From IMG/VR virus record IMGVR_UViG_643348547_000007: a stretch of 29,004 nt of DNA; one strand, given 5' to 3'. Below, one piece after another: positions 18,240-28,053 of the stretch. The DNA comes from a virus (lineage: Duplodnaviria; Heunggongvirae; Uroviricota; Caudoviricetes). The notes under the pieces were generated by a model that was given only the letters and a program-made list of their open reading frames with translations, was not told the origin of the DNA and did no database searches. A program made the translations under genes and the position numbers. Numbering within the stretch: position 1 is the stretch's first letter; each line of letters starts with the position of its first letter.

Positions 18240-18986
18240 TTAGCCACCCGGCACATTATTAACGGTAATTTCAGCCACCGCAGCAAACTGACCATTACCG
18301 GAAATCACAGGGATGCTGACTTTTCCATCCTTAACCCCCGTCACAGTAATCGTCATATCTTTCACGCTAATGGTGGCTTTTGATGGATCGGCGGAAATCG
18401 CCCTGAATGTCTTATCCGTTGCATTTTCCGGTTCCACAGTAACGGTCAGGGTGGTTGTTTTCCCTTTTTCAACCGTACCTGTCGGCGTTACCTTAATCGC
18501 AGTGACCGGCGTAATTTTGCTGCGTTCTTCCGCTACAGAAGGTTTACCCACGTTAGTGACTTTCACCGTGCGGGTGATCACTTCTTTCGCCGTCACGGCC
18601 TTACCGATACTGCTGACCCAGCCACGAAACACATCCACCGTGCCATTCGGAAAACGGATTTTATAGGCCCGGACATCGCCGCTTTCAAACCAGCCTATAA
18701 GCCCTTTCTGGCCTTCCTCTCCCGGTTTCCAGGCTAGCGTAAAACTGGTATCACCTGCAGATTTCTGCCCCTGCCCGGTCGCGCTCCAGTCCGCGTCTTC
18801 ATCATCCAGGTAGTTATCATCGTAGGATTCAGCCGTCATCTCGCCCGGCGTCAGATCCTTCACCTTAGCCAGTCGCTGCCAGTCATCGTCTGACAACGGG
18901 TTTGCATAAGCATCAGCCTTGCCGTTGTAAACCCACAGAGTGGTACCGGCACCTTTTACCGGCTCCAGGGGATTTGGTGTTGCCAT
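18240..18986 (-). CDS. V: Major tail tube protein V (with C-terminal Ig-like domain), 248 aa
   Basis: Lambda gpV-like ([10 protein letters not shown]..., [40 protein letters not shown]). Confidence 0.95.
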   Translation of the reverse strand: MATPNPLEPVKGAGTTLWVYNGKADAYANPLSDDDWQRLAKVKDLTPGEMTAESYDDNYLDDEDADWSATGQGQKSAGDTSFTLAWKPGEEGQKGLIGWFESGDVRAYKIRFPNGTVDVFRGWVSSIGKAVTAKEVITRTVKVTNVGKPSVAEERSKITPVTAIKVTPTGTVEKGKTTTLTVTVEPENATDKTFRAISADPSKATISVKDMTITVTGVKDGKVSIPVISGNGQFAAVAEITVNNVPGG

Positions 18987-18993
18987 ATCGTCC

Positions 18994-19389
18994 TCACATC
19001 TCGTATGTAATGGAATAAGTCAGATCTGCAGAACTCCATAACGCCATATCGTCATCACGACGATACTCATAGCCCTGCGTAACCATCGTGGTAATCAGTC
19101 CTGCCAGTGCCGGGATCGCAGTCATCGCCGGGTAAATCCGGCTTTCCATCCACTGATCAAGCTCTGAATCCGGTACCTGTGCCGGTAAAAACACCTCAAT
19201 ATGCAGCGTGGCCCGCCAGGTATCTGCATCCAGCTCTTCACCGGTATACTCTGCATCCGTCAGATAAACCGCGATCGCAGGAAAATCCTCTTCGTCAAAA
19301 ACAACGGGGCGACCATCAAACAGCGTCGCCCCGTGTTCATGCTGCTCGAGTGCATCCAGCACTGCGGCACGAATGTCAGTGTGTTTCAT
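18994..19389 (-). CDS. U: Tail terminator protein U, 131 aa
   Basis: Lambda gpU-like; same length as I recall for lambda; stop/start overlap with Z. Confidence 0.95.
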   Translation of the reverse strand: MKHTDIRAAVLDALEQHEHGATLFDGRPVVFDEEDFPAIAVYLTDAEYTGEELDADTWRATLHIEVFLPAQVPDSELDQWMESRIYPAMTAIPALAGLITTMVTQGYEYRRDDDMALWSSADLTYSITYEM

Positions 19390-19919
19390 CGTTTTATCGC
19401 AATCCTCAGTTGTTGTTTCAGCGCGTATGCCAGTTCTTTAGGCAGGCGTTCACGCCGGATACGGTCAATATTCTCATCAAATGCCTGTTTCAGTGGGGCC
19501 GCCATCGGGATTTTCACCACATCAATAGGGTAACGGTTTTTCCCGGCCACACGCTGCATGACATGCCAGCGACCGTTTTTTAATCGCTGAATGAATGCCC
19601 GCTGATACCGATGCTGACCGGCTTTAAGTATGCTGTTCGGACGACGGCCCAGCATCCTGATCCCCAGCTTAATCACTGGAAGATCACCGCGGTTAACGAT
19701 AATTTTTGCGTTCGGATTTCTGACCGTCGCCCGTTTCAGTCTGGACCGTTCCTTTACCAGTTTCCGGCGTACCTTTGTCTCCCGGGCAACCTGTGATGAA
19801 GACTGATTAATCGCCGTTGTGGCCACGCGGTTAATGGCCATTGCTGAAGCCGCCGGAATGGCGTTTTTACGAACCCGGCTCAGATTATCAATCGCCTGAT
19901 CAAGCCCTTTTATCGCCAT
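19386..19919 (-). CDS. Z: Tail completion protein Z, 177 aa
   Basis: Lambda gpZ-like, basic protein between FII and U. Confidence 0.9.
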   Translation of the reverse strand: MAIKGLDQAIDNLSRVRKNAIPAASAMAINRVATTAINQSSSQVARETKVRRKLVKERSRLKRATVRNPNAKIIVNRGDLPVIKLGIRMLGRRPNSILKAGQHRYQRAFIQRLKNGRWHVMQRVAGKNRYPIDVVKIPMAAPLKQAFDENIDRIRRERLPKELAYALKQQLRIAIKR

Positions 19920-19934
19920 AATTTCACCCTGCGT

Positions 19935-20288
19935 TTATCGTCGCCGGTTAACAGCGGGTGGTTGCCCACGGTTGAGCCAGAGATAACAGCTTCCCCCGTC
20001 ATCCGGAGAAACACGATCCACCCAGAACATCTCGCCGTTAATGGTCAGCGTGTCACCACGCCGCACGGCACGCACCGTATCCGTCCGCACAAATAATGAC
20101 GGGCTGCTTCCTTCAATACGGACCCCGCCACCGGCAAAACCCAGCGACTCCGGATCGTCAAAAACCCCCTGAACTTCGCCGCCACGTTGTGCTCCGGAGG
20201 TGAACTGCGCACGGATCCCCATCACTTCAACAATCGTGCTGTCCACCCCGGCAAGGGCAGCATCAAAGGCATTCTGAAAATCACGCAT
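19935..20288 (-). CDS. FII: Head-tail joining protein FII, 117 aa
   Basis: Lambda gpFII-like (GSSPSLFVRTD...VDRVSPDDGGSC.LWL.RG.PPAVNRRR). Confidence 0.9.
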   Translation of the reverse strand: MRDFQNAFDAALAGVDSTIVEVMGIRAQFTSGAQRGGEVQGVFDDPESLGFAGGGVRIEGSSPSLFVRTDTVRAVRRGDTLTINGEMFWVDRVSPDDGGSCYLWLNRGQPPAVNRRR

Positions 20289-20664
20289 GCTCAGCCGTTC
20301 CGTGCTGTATCATGGCTGTCGCCAGTGGTGATGGCACCATAACACGCATGCCCCGGTACGTCAGTTCAACGGGACGGCCTGTCTCCGGGCAATACCCCAT
20401 CACATGCAGGCATTTCCGCACACGGACCGCTTTAACATCATCCGTAGCATCAGTGTTGTGCAACTGCTCACCATCGTCTGTGTGATTTTGATCAGCCCCG
20501 CTCTCATCAGAGTGCATAATGCCCTCCGGGGAAACAGCAAGCTCCTCTTCCCACTCAGACACACGTTGAGCAATATCCGCAGCACTCCCCGACATATCCG
20601 CCTCGCGCCCCAGCAGGCCAGCCAGTTGACGAAGACGATTCAGATTTTCTTCTTTTGTTGCCAT
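20281..20664 (-). CDS. FI: DNA-packaging / head completion protein FI-like, about 127 aa from ATG 20664
   Basis: Sits between E and FII as in lambda; acidic central region; start chosen at the ATG preceded by AGGAGG rather than the track's upstream start at 20712. Confidence 0.7.
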   Translation of the reverse strand: MATKEENLNRLRQLAGLLGREADMSGSAADIAQRVSEWEEELAVSPEGIMHSDESGADQNHTDDGEQLHNTDATDDVKAVRVRKCLHVMGYCPETGRPVELTYRGMRVMVPSPLATAMIQHGTAEHA

Positions 20665-20715
20665 CTCAGCCTCCTGTGAAAAAAGACACGGGGGCATTTC
20701 GCCCCCGCTCACGGA

Positions 20716-21744
20716 TTATTTCACCTGTACCACCACAAACTCATCCGGATCCGGCAGCACCATCAGCGGTGCGGACTGCGTCATGGTGAATTCACGGGCC
20801 GGATCGCCCACAGTCAGCCAGTGTTTCGGATAACGGGAAGAGGCCACCACACCTTCGGACAACGCCTGCGCATCCTGAATGGCACCATAGCAACGAATGC
20901 CCTCTGCTGCCGTATTCCCCAGGACCAGTGTGCCCTCCGGCAGATAACGTTTTTCGGTACCGTCCTCTGCCACATAAGACGTTTTCGCCACCACAATGGC
21001 CAGATCGCCGTAATACCCCTTGAAGGACACCACCGCCCCCAGGTCTTTCACTGCCGTTTCGAGTTGTGAATTTGAGCCGCGACGGGTATCCAGTTTTTCG
21101 CGGAACAGCTTAAAGCCATTCAGCAGACGCCAGACCGTACCGTCCATAATGGCGATATTCACAAGGCCGCTGGCCTGATCGCAGTAGAGGTCAATATCAT
21201 GCGTCGGATCAAACGTATCACGGTCCTGCTCAGACCATTTTTTACCGTCAGCCTGCTCAATGTTATTTCCTTCAGAGCGCCCGAAATCCACCTCGACAGT
21301 ATCAAACTGATCCCCTTCCATGGTGTATTTGCCATACAGCACGGCATTCACCGCCTGCATTTCTTCCACCTGGACAATGGCGTGCTCTTCCTGTTTGAGG
21401 TTATCGGTAATGATACGCAGACGACGGTAGGCCGGGTCGTTCAGCTGAGCCGGATCTTCACCAGGAAGGCGCTCAACCGCCTGCTGGTAATTAAATTCGT
21501 GTTTGGGCTTGACGTAGCCCGGACGTAACACGCGGGTTTCACCACCGCGATGGCGAAGCACTTTTCCTTCAACGATCGGGGAGACATAGGCCGCCACCGG
21601 CGTTTTTCCGGTAATTTTGTCCAGCATCACCTCTTCGGTGTGGAAATTCACCGTACGGCGGAAAAACAGCTCCAGAAACAGCGCACGGAATTTCACTTTT
21701 TGTTCGGTATAACCGAGTAACTGGCGGGTCGTAAACAATCCCAT
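20716..21744 (-). CDS. E: Major capsid protein E, 342 aa
   Basis: Collinear with lambda gpE (KLDTRRGSNS.LETAVKDLG..., GDPAREFTM.QSAPLM.L.DPDEFV). Confidence 0.95.
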   Translation of the reverse strand: MGLFTTRQLLGYTEQKVKFRALFLELFFRRTVNFHTEEVMLDKITGKTPVAAYVSPIVEGKVLRHRGGETRVLRPGYVKPKHEFNYQQAVERLPGEDPAQLNDPAYRRLRIITDNLKQEEHAIVQVEEMQAVNAVLYGKYTMEGDQFDTVEVDFGRSEGNNIEQADGKKWSEQDRDTFDPTHDIDLYCDQASGLVNIAIMDGTVWRLLNGFKLFREKLDTRRGSNSQLETAVKDLGAVVSFKGYYGDLAIVVAKTSYVAEDGTEKRYLPEGTLVLGNTAAEGIRCYGAIQDAQALSEGVVASSRYPKHWLTVGDPAREFTMTQSAPLMVLPDPDEFVVVQVK

Positions 21745-21801
21745 AAATCAGTTCCTTTCATTAAGAAATCAGTCAGGCCAACGCGGTGGCCTGATAACGT
21801 G

Positions 21802-22149
21802 TTACGGCAGCGCCGCGTGACTCAGGGCACTGCCGGTAAAGGCGTTGGCCTTTTTGTGTTCATCCACACTTTCAGGCCAGCGGATTGCCTCCGTCGCAAA
21901 GGTCCCCGACTTGTAATACGTCAGCACCGCCTCTGTGCCTTCAAGCGGCAGTACCAGTATGCCAACCGCACTACCGGCTTTCTGTCCGTCCCAGACCACC
22001 AGTTTCCCGGTGGCCCCATCCAGCATCAGGGGTGTCAGTGCCGGTGTTGCCGAGGAAATCCCGCTGCTGCCTGTGGCGGTGTGAGCCGGATCATTACCGG
22101 CAAAAATACGTACTTCCGCACGCTGTTCAGTGATGGTTTTCGTTACCAT
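21802..22149 (-). CDS. D: Capsid decoration protein D, 115 aa
   Basis: Lambda gpD-like (DPAHTAT...TPLMLD...YKSGTF). Confidence 0.9.
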   Translation of the reverse strand: MVTKTITEQRAEVRIFAGNDPAHTATGSSGISSATPALTPLMLDGATGKLVVWDGQKAGSAVGILVLPLEGTEAVLTYYKSGTFATEAIRWPESVDEHKKANAFTGSALSHAALP

Positions 22150-22185
22150 ATTGTAAAAACCTCATATTGATGGTCAGCACTGACT

Positions 22186-23691
22186 TCATGGCATGGCCAT
22201 GAGCATTTTCACGTCCGCATCACCGTCTGCTGACGTCTGTGACACGCCACCCCGCACCGCTGCCGGTGAATGATTCGCCATGAAATGTTCAAACAGGGCG
22301 GTTGTGGATGCAGAGACCGGTTCTGCCTTACCTGATCCCGCAGCCAGCACAGCCCGGGCGCTCTCCACAGTCATTCCCGGGCAGGCAGCCAGCTGTTCAG
22401 CCTGCGCCTCAGCCCCTTTTGCCTCATCCAGTGCCATGATCTGATCACGAAGTGAGGGCCCGGCATCCGCCAGTGGTGCAGCCGCAAGGATCGGGCGGGC
22501 TTTTTCCACCGTCATCTCCGGCATCGCCGCCAGCGTTGCCGCCAGTTGTTCACGACCTTTAGCCTCTTCACACGCCATAATGCGATCGGCTTCACTCTGT
22601 GCGGATGCCACCGGCTGCTGCGGTGCCGCCGCGGCCAGAATCGCCCGGGCCTGTTCAACGCTCATGCCCTGTTGCCCTGCCAGCATCGTGGCAAGCTGTT
22701 CACGTCCTTTCGCTTCCTGGCATGTCAGGATCCCCATCACTCGCTGGTTCTCCTGCACGGCGGCTTCCGTTGCAGTTAATTGCGGCATAGTGCCTCCTCT
22801 GACATTACTGTTCAGCGCCGCAGCCATCACGCTGATGGCATCCGACGCATTGATTAATTCATCCGCCAGCCCGGCCTCAATGCCGGACTGACCTTCAAAA
22901 ACGGCGGCCTCTGTTCCCGTGACTGCATCAACAGACAGACCGGTATACATCGCCACTTTTTCGGCAAACATCCGGTGCGCCGCATCAACCCGCTGCTGCA
23001 TGTCCTGACGCACCTCTGCCGGTAAGGCTTCAAACTGATTGCCATCCACCTTGTGCGCCCCGGCATAAATCAGCGTGATATCCACCCCGGCCTGCGCCAG
23101 ATGACCGGCATAGCTGACATGGCTCATCATCACGCCAATGGAGCCGATACGGGATGTCTGGGTAACCAGCCGTCGGGAGCAGGCCGACGCCAGCAGCATG
23201 GCTGCAGAACAGGCCGTGTCATTGCACAGTGCCCAGACCGGCTTCTGCTGACGGAGGCGGTAAATCATGTCAGCGCAGTCAAACGCGCCGGCGGCCTGCC
23301 CGCCCGGACTGTCAATGTCCAGCAGTACGCCCCGCACCTGGCTATCTGCCATTGCCTGCTGAAGACAGGCGACAATGCCGTCATAGCCTGTCATTCCGGA
23401 AAATGGCCGCATACCGCCCAGCCGGTGCACCAGCGTGCCGGTCACCGGCAGTACAGCAATACCGTTCACCACCCGGTAAACACGGGCCGGTCGTTTACCT
23501 CCGGCCATGTACTCGTCCGTTTCAGCCAGCATTCCGGGAGCATCAAGCTGTACCTGTTGTTGTGGTACCGAAAGACTTGCTGCCCCCATCTCGCGCCCGA
23601 GCGCGCAAAAGAAAACCCGCGCATAGGCGGGCTCCAGAAGCAGCGGTTCATTGAATGCTGCGGCAATAATGTGTGAAAGATTACGTCTCAC
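22186..23691 (-). CDS. C: Head maturation protease C (S49/ClpP-like) with nested scaffold (Nu3-like) C-terminal region, 501 aa
   Basis: S49 peptidase-like N-terminal two-thirds (GGQAAGAFDCADMI, SACS motif); the C-terminal region carries repeats related to the lambda Nu3 segment (RIMGIL.C.EA.GRE...). Confidence 0.9.
   Translation of the reverse strand: MRRNLSHIIAAAFNEPLLLEPAYARVFFCALGREMGAASLSVPQQQVQLDAPGMLAETDEYMAGGKRPARVYRVVNGIAVLPVTGTLVHRLGGMRPFSGMTGYDGIVACLQQAMADSQVRGVLLDIDSPGGQAAGAFDCADMIYRLRQQKPVWALCNDTACSAAMLLASACSRRLVTQTSRIGSIGVMMSHVSYAGHLAQAGVDITLIYAGAHKVDGNQFEALPAEVRQDMQQRVDAAHRMFAEKVAMYTGLSVDAVTGTEAAVFEGQSGIEAGLADELINASDAISVMAAALNSNVRGGTMPQLTATEAAVQENQRVMGILTCQEAKGREQLATMLAGQQGMSVEQARAILAAAAPQQPVASAQSEADRIMACEEAKGREQLAATLAAMPEMTVEKARPILAAAPLADAGPSLRDQIMALDEAKGAEAQAEQLAACPGMTVESARAVLAAGSGKAEPVSASTTALFEHFMANHSPAAVRGGVSQTSADGDADVKMLMAMP
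22327..22740 (-). repeat. Three diverged tandem copies of a roughly 40-codon module in the C/Nu3 scaffold region
   Basis: Protein repeats MGILTCQEAKGREQLATMLAGQQGMSVEQARAILAAAAP / IMACEEAKGREQLAATLAAMPEMTVEKARPILAAAPL / IMALDEAKGAEAQAEQLAACPGMTVESARAVLAAGSG. Coordinates are computed from residue positions and are approximate. Confidence 0.5.
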
Positions 23692-25273
23692 GTGGTGTTG
23701 TCTCCTCTTCCGGCCTGCGACTCTCCGCTATCTGCTGCTGATACGCCTGCGCTATCCACACCGGGCGTGAGAGTCCGGCTTTTTCCCGCTCTGCAGATTC
23801 CCTGACCTGCTGGCGGAAAATGTCCTGATAATCCTCGCCCATCAGCGCCAGCTCTTTCTCATACGTGCTCAGTCCGGCCTCAATGCGCATCACTGATTCC
23901 TGGACTTCCTTGAGCCCGTCAATGGCCATTCTTCCGGCACCAATCCACTCTGCCCGTGACCAGGCTGATCGCGCCTGATAAAAATCAAAACGTGCCCGTG
24001 GCGGACGAATAATCCCCCGAAGAAGTGCCTCTTCCAGCCAGCAGGAAAACATCTGCGTGGCCAGTCGGGCCGCAATAAATTTTCGCCGCCCCATAAAATA
24101 GCGCCACGACTCATTGGCGGAGGCGCGGGCACTTGAGTAACTGACCTTCGAGTAATCACGGGACAACTGTTCGTAGGAAACGCCAAGACCGGCGGCGATA
24201 TACCGCAGCAGCGCCTGTTCAAGCGCCGAAAATCCATTGTCTGAATCCTGCGCTGTCTGCAGTTTCAGATCATCACCAGGGAAAAGGTGCGGAATTTTGA
24301 CACCGCCCAGCGTCACGTTATTCGTGTCATACCAGCTGGAGAACTTCTCCAGAATATTAATAAGCGGATTATCCTTCTGCCCCTGCGGCGCACCGGCGAT
24401 ATATTCAAAGGCCTTTTCGGTATCCAGTTCACTTTCAATCGTCGCTGCATACATCGCCTTCACTATGGCCGACTGAAGCTGTGTTGCCTGCAGGGAATCG
24501 AGCATCTTCAGCCGTTCCATGACGCTGTAAAACTGATTGGCCCCACGGGTCTGCCCGTCCTCCACCGGCTCGAAAATATGCAGCATGGCCGGACGCCCGG
24601 TGGGTAGTTCACGCGGGATCCGTTCCCATCGTCCACTCCCGGAGCGAGGAAAATCATCCTCACAGATATGGTACGCAACGGCACGGCCATATCGATCAAC
24701 CTCCACACCGGCCCGCAGAAAACGGTTCCCGATACCGCGTCCTGGCGTGTCCACCCGTTTCGGACTCACGGCTTTAAAACGCGTACGGAATAACTGCGTG
24801 GTTTCCGTATCCCAGACCGGCTGCACAAAGATTTCGCCGTTAAACGCATGAACGCCCACACCTTCACGGATAAATTCCGTAAACGTGCGTTTCCCTTCCA
24901 CGTCGATCTCACCAAACATCCCTTCTGCGTATTCTGACCAGGCCGCCTCCACCTCATCGACAAAACTTTTTGCCGCGGTCTCCCGCATCCCCAGCCAGCG
25001 CCAGTTCGGACGGTAGCTAATCAGAAACATATGCCCGACAATGTGATCCTTATGCAGGGCCACCGCATTGGCCGCTATTCCGTTATTGCGCACCAGATCA
25101 TCTGCACGGGCATTCCCCAGACGCAACGCGGGCAGCAGGGCCGCATCGGCACTCTGCGAGGGTGGCAACCACTCTGCCATTTGCCCGCCAAATCCTGCAC
25201 CGCCACCGTTGTAGCTGAGGCTCTCCCGAAGCGGAACGCCGTTCACATCAATCAGGACAGGCGTTCGTTTCAT
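23681..25273 (-). CDS. B: Portal protein B, 530 aa
   Basis: Lambda gpB-like along its length; position between W and C. Confidence 0.95.
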   Translation of the reverse strand: MKRTPVLIDVNGVPLRESLSYNGGGAGFGGQMAEWLPPSQSADAALLPALRLGNARADDLVRNNGIAANAVALHKDHIVGHMFLISYRPNWRWLGMRETAAKSFVDEVEAAWSEYAEGMFGEIDVEGKRTFTEFIREGVGVHAFNGEIFVQPVWDTETTQLFRTRFKAVSPKRVDTPGRGIGNRFLRAGVEVDRYGRAVAYHICEDDFPRSGSGRWERIPRELPTGRPAMLHIFEPVEDGQTRGANQFYSVMERLKMLDSLQATQLQSAIVKAMYAATIESELDTEKAFEYIAGAPQGQKDNPLINILEKFSSWYDTNNVTLGGVKIPHLFPGDDLKLQTAQDSDNGFSALEQALLRYIAAGLGVSYEQLSRDYSKVSYSSARASANESWRYFMGRRKFIAARLATQMFSCWLEEALLRGIIRPPRARFDFYQARSAWSRAEWIGAGRMAIDGLKEVQESVMRIEAGLSTYEKELALMGEDYQDIFRQQVRESAEREKAGLSRPVWIAQAYQQQIAESRRPEEETTPRET

Positions 25274-25476
25274 AACCTCACTCCCAGCGGACGACGGCGA
25301 CGGCGGGTTGTCCCCAGTACCGACTCCGCATCATTGATCGCCCGGTTAAGCTCATCCAGAGAAGCTGCCGTATATTCAATTCTGCGACCATCTTTCTGGA
25401 CAGACACCACCCGTTTACCGGTTAATAAATCAAGGCGCGCCTGACGCAGCGCCTGCAGTTCAGCGACTGTAACCAT
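25270..25476 (-). CDS. W: Head-tail connector protein W, 68 aa
   Basis: Same length as lambda gpW as I recall it; start overlaps the A stop region. Confidence 0.9.
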   Translation of the reverse strand: MVTVAELQALRQARLDLLTGKRVVSVQKDGRRIEYTAASLDELNRAINDAESVLGTTRRRRRPLGVRL

Positions 25477-27388
25477 TCACTCCTCCGGACAGCTTCGCTG
25501 CCAGTTCTTTAAGGGTTGGCCGGGTCGTCTCTTCTTCCCGGGATTTTGCCAGTACAGCCAGATCAAGCTGCCAGCGTTGCACGGACACACGTAATGCCGC
25601 GTAGGCATACACCAGGCAGTCCAGCGCTTCGTTACGCCGCTTTTTGTTATCCCACAGCAGACGCATCTTTCCTTTTTCCCACTTCTCCACAAGCTCTTCC
25701 GCCACCAGTTGCTGCGCCTCTGTCTGCGAAAAAATCTCCGGATCATCAGGAAAACGGATGGCATACGACGTGGCTTCATCCGCAGGCGTGGGATCGGCTT
25801 TCATACGGGCATAGAGAATTTCTTTTGCGGTGTCCGTCCCCACTTCGCACAGATACACGCCCCGCTGATTGCGGGTTTTTGGCATGGTGATCACCGGCTT
25901 GCCATAAACAGATGCACCTTTTACCGGCAGCACCCGGAAAACACCGTGTTTTTTTGACCTCTGATAGACAATTTCGCCATCGATCCCCCCGGTGTCCCAG
26001 CAGACACGGGAAATGGTCATTTCGGTTCCGTCTGCATGGCGGTATTTTTTGTTGATCGCCACATCCACACGTAACAGCGTCTCTTCCTCATCGGGACGCC
26101 CCATAATGATGATTTTATCCACCAGAAAGGCTTCCTCTCCCGGAGCCCATCCCCAGACATACATCTCAAAACGGTTTCGCTGCGAGTCAATGCCCGCCGT
26201 CAGATAAACCACCCGGGCTGGCACCGCCGCCGTGTAATGCACGACCTTATCCATCAGTACCTGGTGATCGAGTTTTTCGCCCACGGCCTCTTCCCAGGTC
26301 TCGCCCAGCGTGGTGTTCACAAAGGTTTTCAGGCCGTTGGGATCTTTCAGTGCATCCAGCCAGTCATAGACTATCTGTACCCAGGTGGTGAACGGACTGT
26401 ACGCCGTCCAGATATGGAACGTGATGGAGCGCGGCGGCGGAATTTCATTATCCGCGGCGCTGAAAAACGTCAGACCGTCACGGGTCCACATCCCCGTGTT
26501 TTCACAGATCCACCGCCCGTTGCTCTGGTCAAGCTCAGACTGATGGATCACGCAGCCATGATGTTCACAGAGGTAGAAAACGCTTTCGGGGCTGTCCTTC
26601 TCCCATTTAAGGCCAAAAGGCGTGGACTCATCGCCAAATTTCAGATACTGCGCCTCCCCACAGTGCGGGCAGGGCACATAAAAACGCATGAAATGCGCCG
26701 ACTCGTTGGCCGCTTTTTCGATCTGGCAGGAGCCTTTTATTTTAGGCGTCGAGCCGCGAATGGATTTTGGCCATACCGAGCCCTCAATACGCTTATCCCC
26801 CAGCAGGGTTGGCGAGCCCTCTTTTTCGACATCCGGCTCGAACGAGGAAAGTTCGTCATAGCAGACCACGTCCACGGATTTTTCACGGTAGTTTTTGGCG
26901 GCAGCGCCGCCCAGGCACCAGAAGCCCACACCCGATGAAAAGCGTTTCAGCGTGATGGTATTATCACGATGTTTACGTCCCAGCCAGGGAGAAAGTTTTT
27001 TCAGGCAGGGAACATCGCGAATCGTCGCCTCCACGTGAGACTTCATAAAATCTTCAGCGGCAGAATCCGTGGGCTGAAAAAGCAGACTGTTTCGGGATTT
27101 ATGCTCAATAAAATACCCGGCGACTCCCAGCAACATCTTTGTATAGCCAACACGGGCAGATTTAATCAGATTAACAGTCCGGATCTGATCATTCCCCATG
27201 CTGTTCATGATGGCGATCTGGAACGGCAGCGTTTTCCATTCTCCCTCACCATATGAAGATTCTTTAGGCAGATAATAATTTTGATCAGCCCATTCAACTG
27301 GCGTCACCGGCAATGCCCTTATCAGGGGCTGTAATGCTGTTGTGACAGCACTCATCATATTATTCAGTTGTTGCTCTGATATATTCAT
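25460..27388 (-). CDS. A: Terminase large subunit A, 642 aa from ATG 27388
   Basis: Collinear with lambda gpA (VEWADQNYYLPKES, Walker A-like region, C-terminal nuclease part). Start set at MNISEQQ, matching lambda's MNIS start, rather than the track's upstream start at 27445. Confidence 0.95.
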   Translation of the reverse strand: MNISEQQLNNMMSAVTTALQPLIRALPVTPVEWADQNYYLPKESSYGEGEWKTLPFQIAIMNSMGNDQIRTVNLIKSARVGYTKMLLGVAGYFIEHKSRNSLLFQPTDSAAEDFMKSHVEATIRDVPCLKKLSPWLGRKHRDNTITLKRFSSGVGFWCLGGAAAKNYREKSVDVVCYDELSSFEPDVEKEGSPTLLGDKRIEGSVWPKSIRGSTPKIKGSCQIEKAANESAHFMRFYVPCPHCGEAQYLKFGDESTPFGLKWEKDSPESVFYLCEHHGCVIHQSELDQSNGRWICENTGMWTRDGLTFFSAADNEIPPPRSITFHIWTAYSPFTTWVQIVYDWLDALKDPNGLKTFVNTTLGETWEEAVGEKLDHQVLMDKVVHYTAAVPARVVYLTAGIDSQRNRFEMYVWGWAPGEEAFLVDKIIIMGRPDEEETLLRVDVAINKKYRHADGTEMTISRVCWDTGGIDGEIVYQRSKKHGVFRVLPVKGASVYGKPVITMPKTRNQRGVYLCEVGTDTAKEILYARMKADPTPADEATSYAIRFPDDPEIFSQTEAQQLVAEELVEKWEKGKMRLLWDNKKRRNEALDCLVYAYAALRVSVQRWQLDLAVLAKSREEETTRPTLKELAAKLSGGVNGYSR

Positions 27389-27869
27389 CGAGTAAATCCG
27401 GTAATTTATCCCCCGCCCGCGCACACTGATTTGCCCCCTTCGCAATAAGGGTTTTCAGATGGTCAAGATGGCGCGGTGTTAAATCAGGAAACTGTCGCTG
27501 CATGGATAAAGGGATGGAATCAAGCGTACTGGATAACGCCATTGCCAGCTTGCTGAGGGCAAAAATACAGAACCCGGTGTCAATAAGTTTTCCTTTTGAC
27601 ACCTCATTTTTTAACTGCTGTGTAACAGCCTGTTCTGCTGTCAGTTCCCATCTGGCAATAAGCAATTTCTCCTCATAGTCGTCTTCGCTATCGCCATCAG
27701 GCACATCGTTTTTACTTCTTCTCAGATACGATATGTAAAAATCGCGCCAGGCATCCAGATCCAGTTGCCCTCGCTTATTCGATATCGGGGCACCCGGCAA
27801 TTTCTGCAATCTGCGAAGCTGGCGATCGGTCAGACTTAAATGCCTGGCAACTTCAGTCTGCGTAGCCAC
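27360..27869 (-). CDS. nu1: Terminase small subunit (Nu1-type) with N-terminal HTH; GTG start
   Basis: C-terminal two-thirds resemble lambda Nu1; the N-terminal DNA-binding region differs from lambda; GTG at 27867-27869 with GAGG upstream; 3' end overlaps A. Confidence 0.8.
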   Translation of the reverse strand: MATQTEVARHLSLTDRQLRRLQKLPGAPISNKRGQLDLDAWRDFYISYLRRSKNDVPDGDSEDDYEEKLLIARWELTAEQAVTQQLKNEVSKGKLIDTGFCIFALSKLAMALSSTLDSIPLSMQRQFPDLTPRHLDHLKTLIAKGANQCARAGDKLPDLLDEYIRATTE

Positions 27870-27917
27870 TCCTCACCTCGCAAAAAACTCTCACCTCACA
27901 ATCACAACAAAACCGGT

Positions 27918-28017
27918 CATGTCCGGTTTTAGTGTCTATTTTTTGCGCATGTCCGGTTCATGGAAAGCATGTTTTTATATTTTTCATATGGTTAACTTGC
28001 AGAGAAACCGGACATGG
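27918..28017. promoter_or_regulatory. Candidate cosB: three copies of the 11-bp motif CATGTCCGGTT (two direct at 27918 and 27948, one inverted at 28007) separated by an AT-rich stretch
   Basis: Motifs read directly from the sequence; the location between cosN and the small terminase gene matches the layout of terminase-binding R sites and an IHF bend site in lambda cosB. Confidence 0.45.
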
Positions 28018-28053
28018 ATCCCGGAAAATTTTCATAAATAGTGAAAATCCGCG

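Noticed and set aside
22546-23676. Plus-strand ORFs antisense to C (for example 23053-23676, 207 aa)
   Set aside because: Antisense to the protease/scaffold gene, no start context, Arg/Pro-rich off-frame composition.
27918-28017. Short repeated motifs near cos as a possible CRISPR array
   Set aside because: Only three copies of an 11-bp motif, one inverted, with irregular spacing and no adjacent cas genes; the arrangement fits terminase-binding sites of cosB instead.
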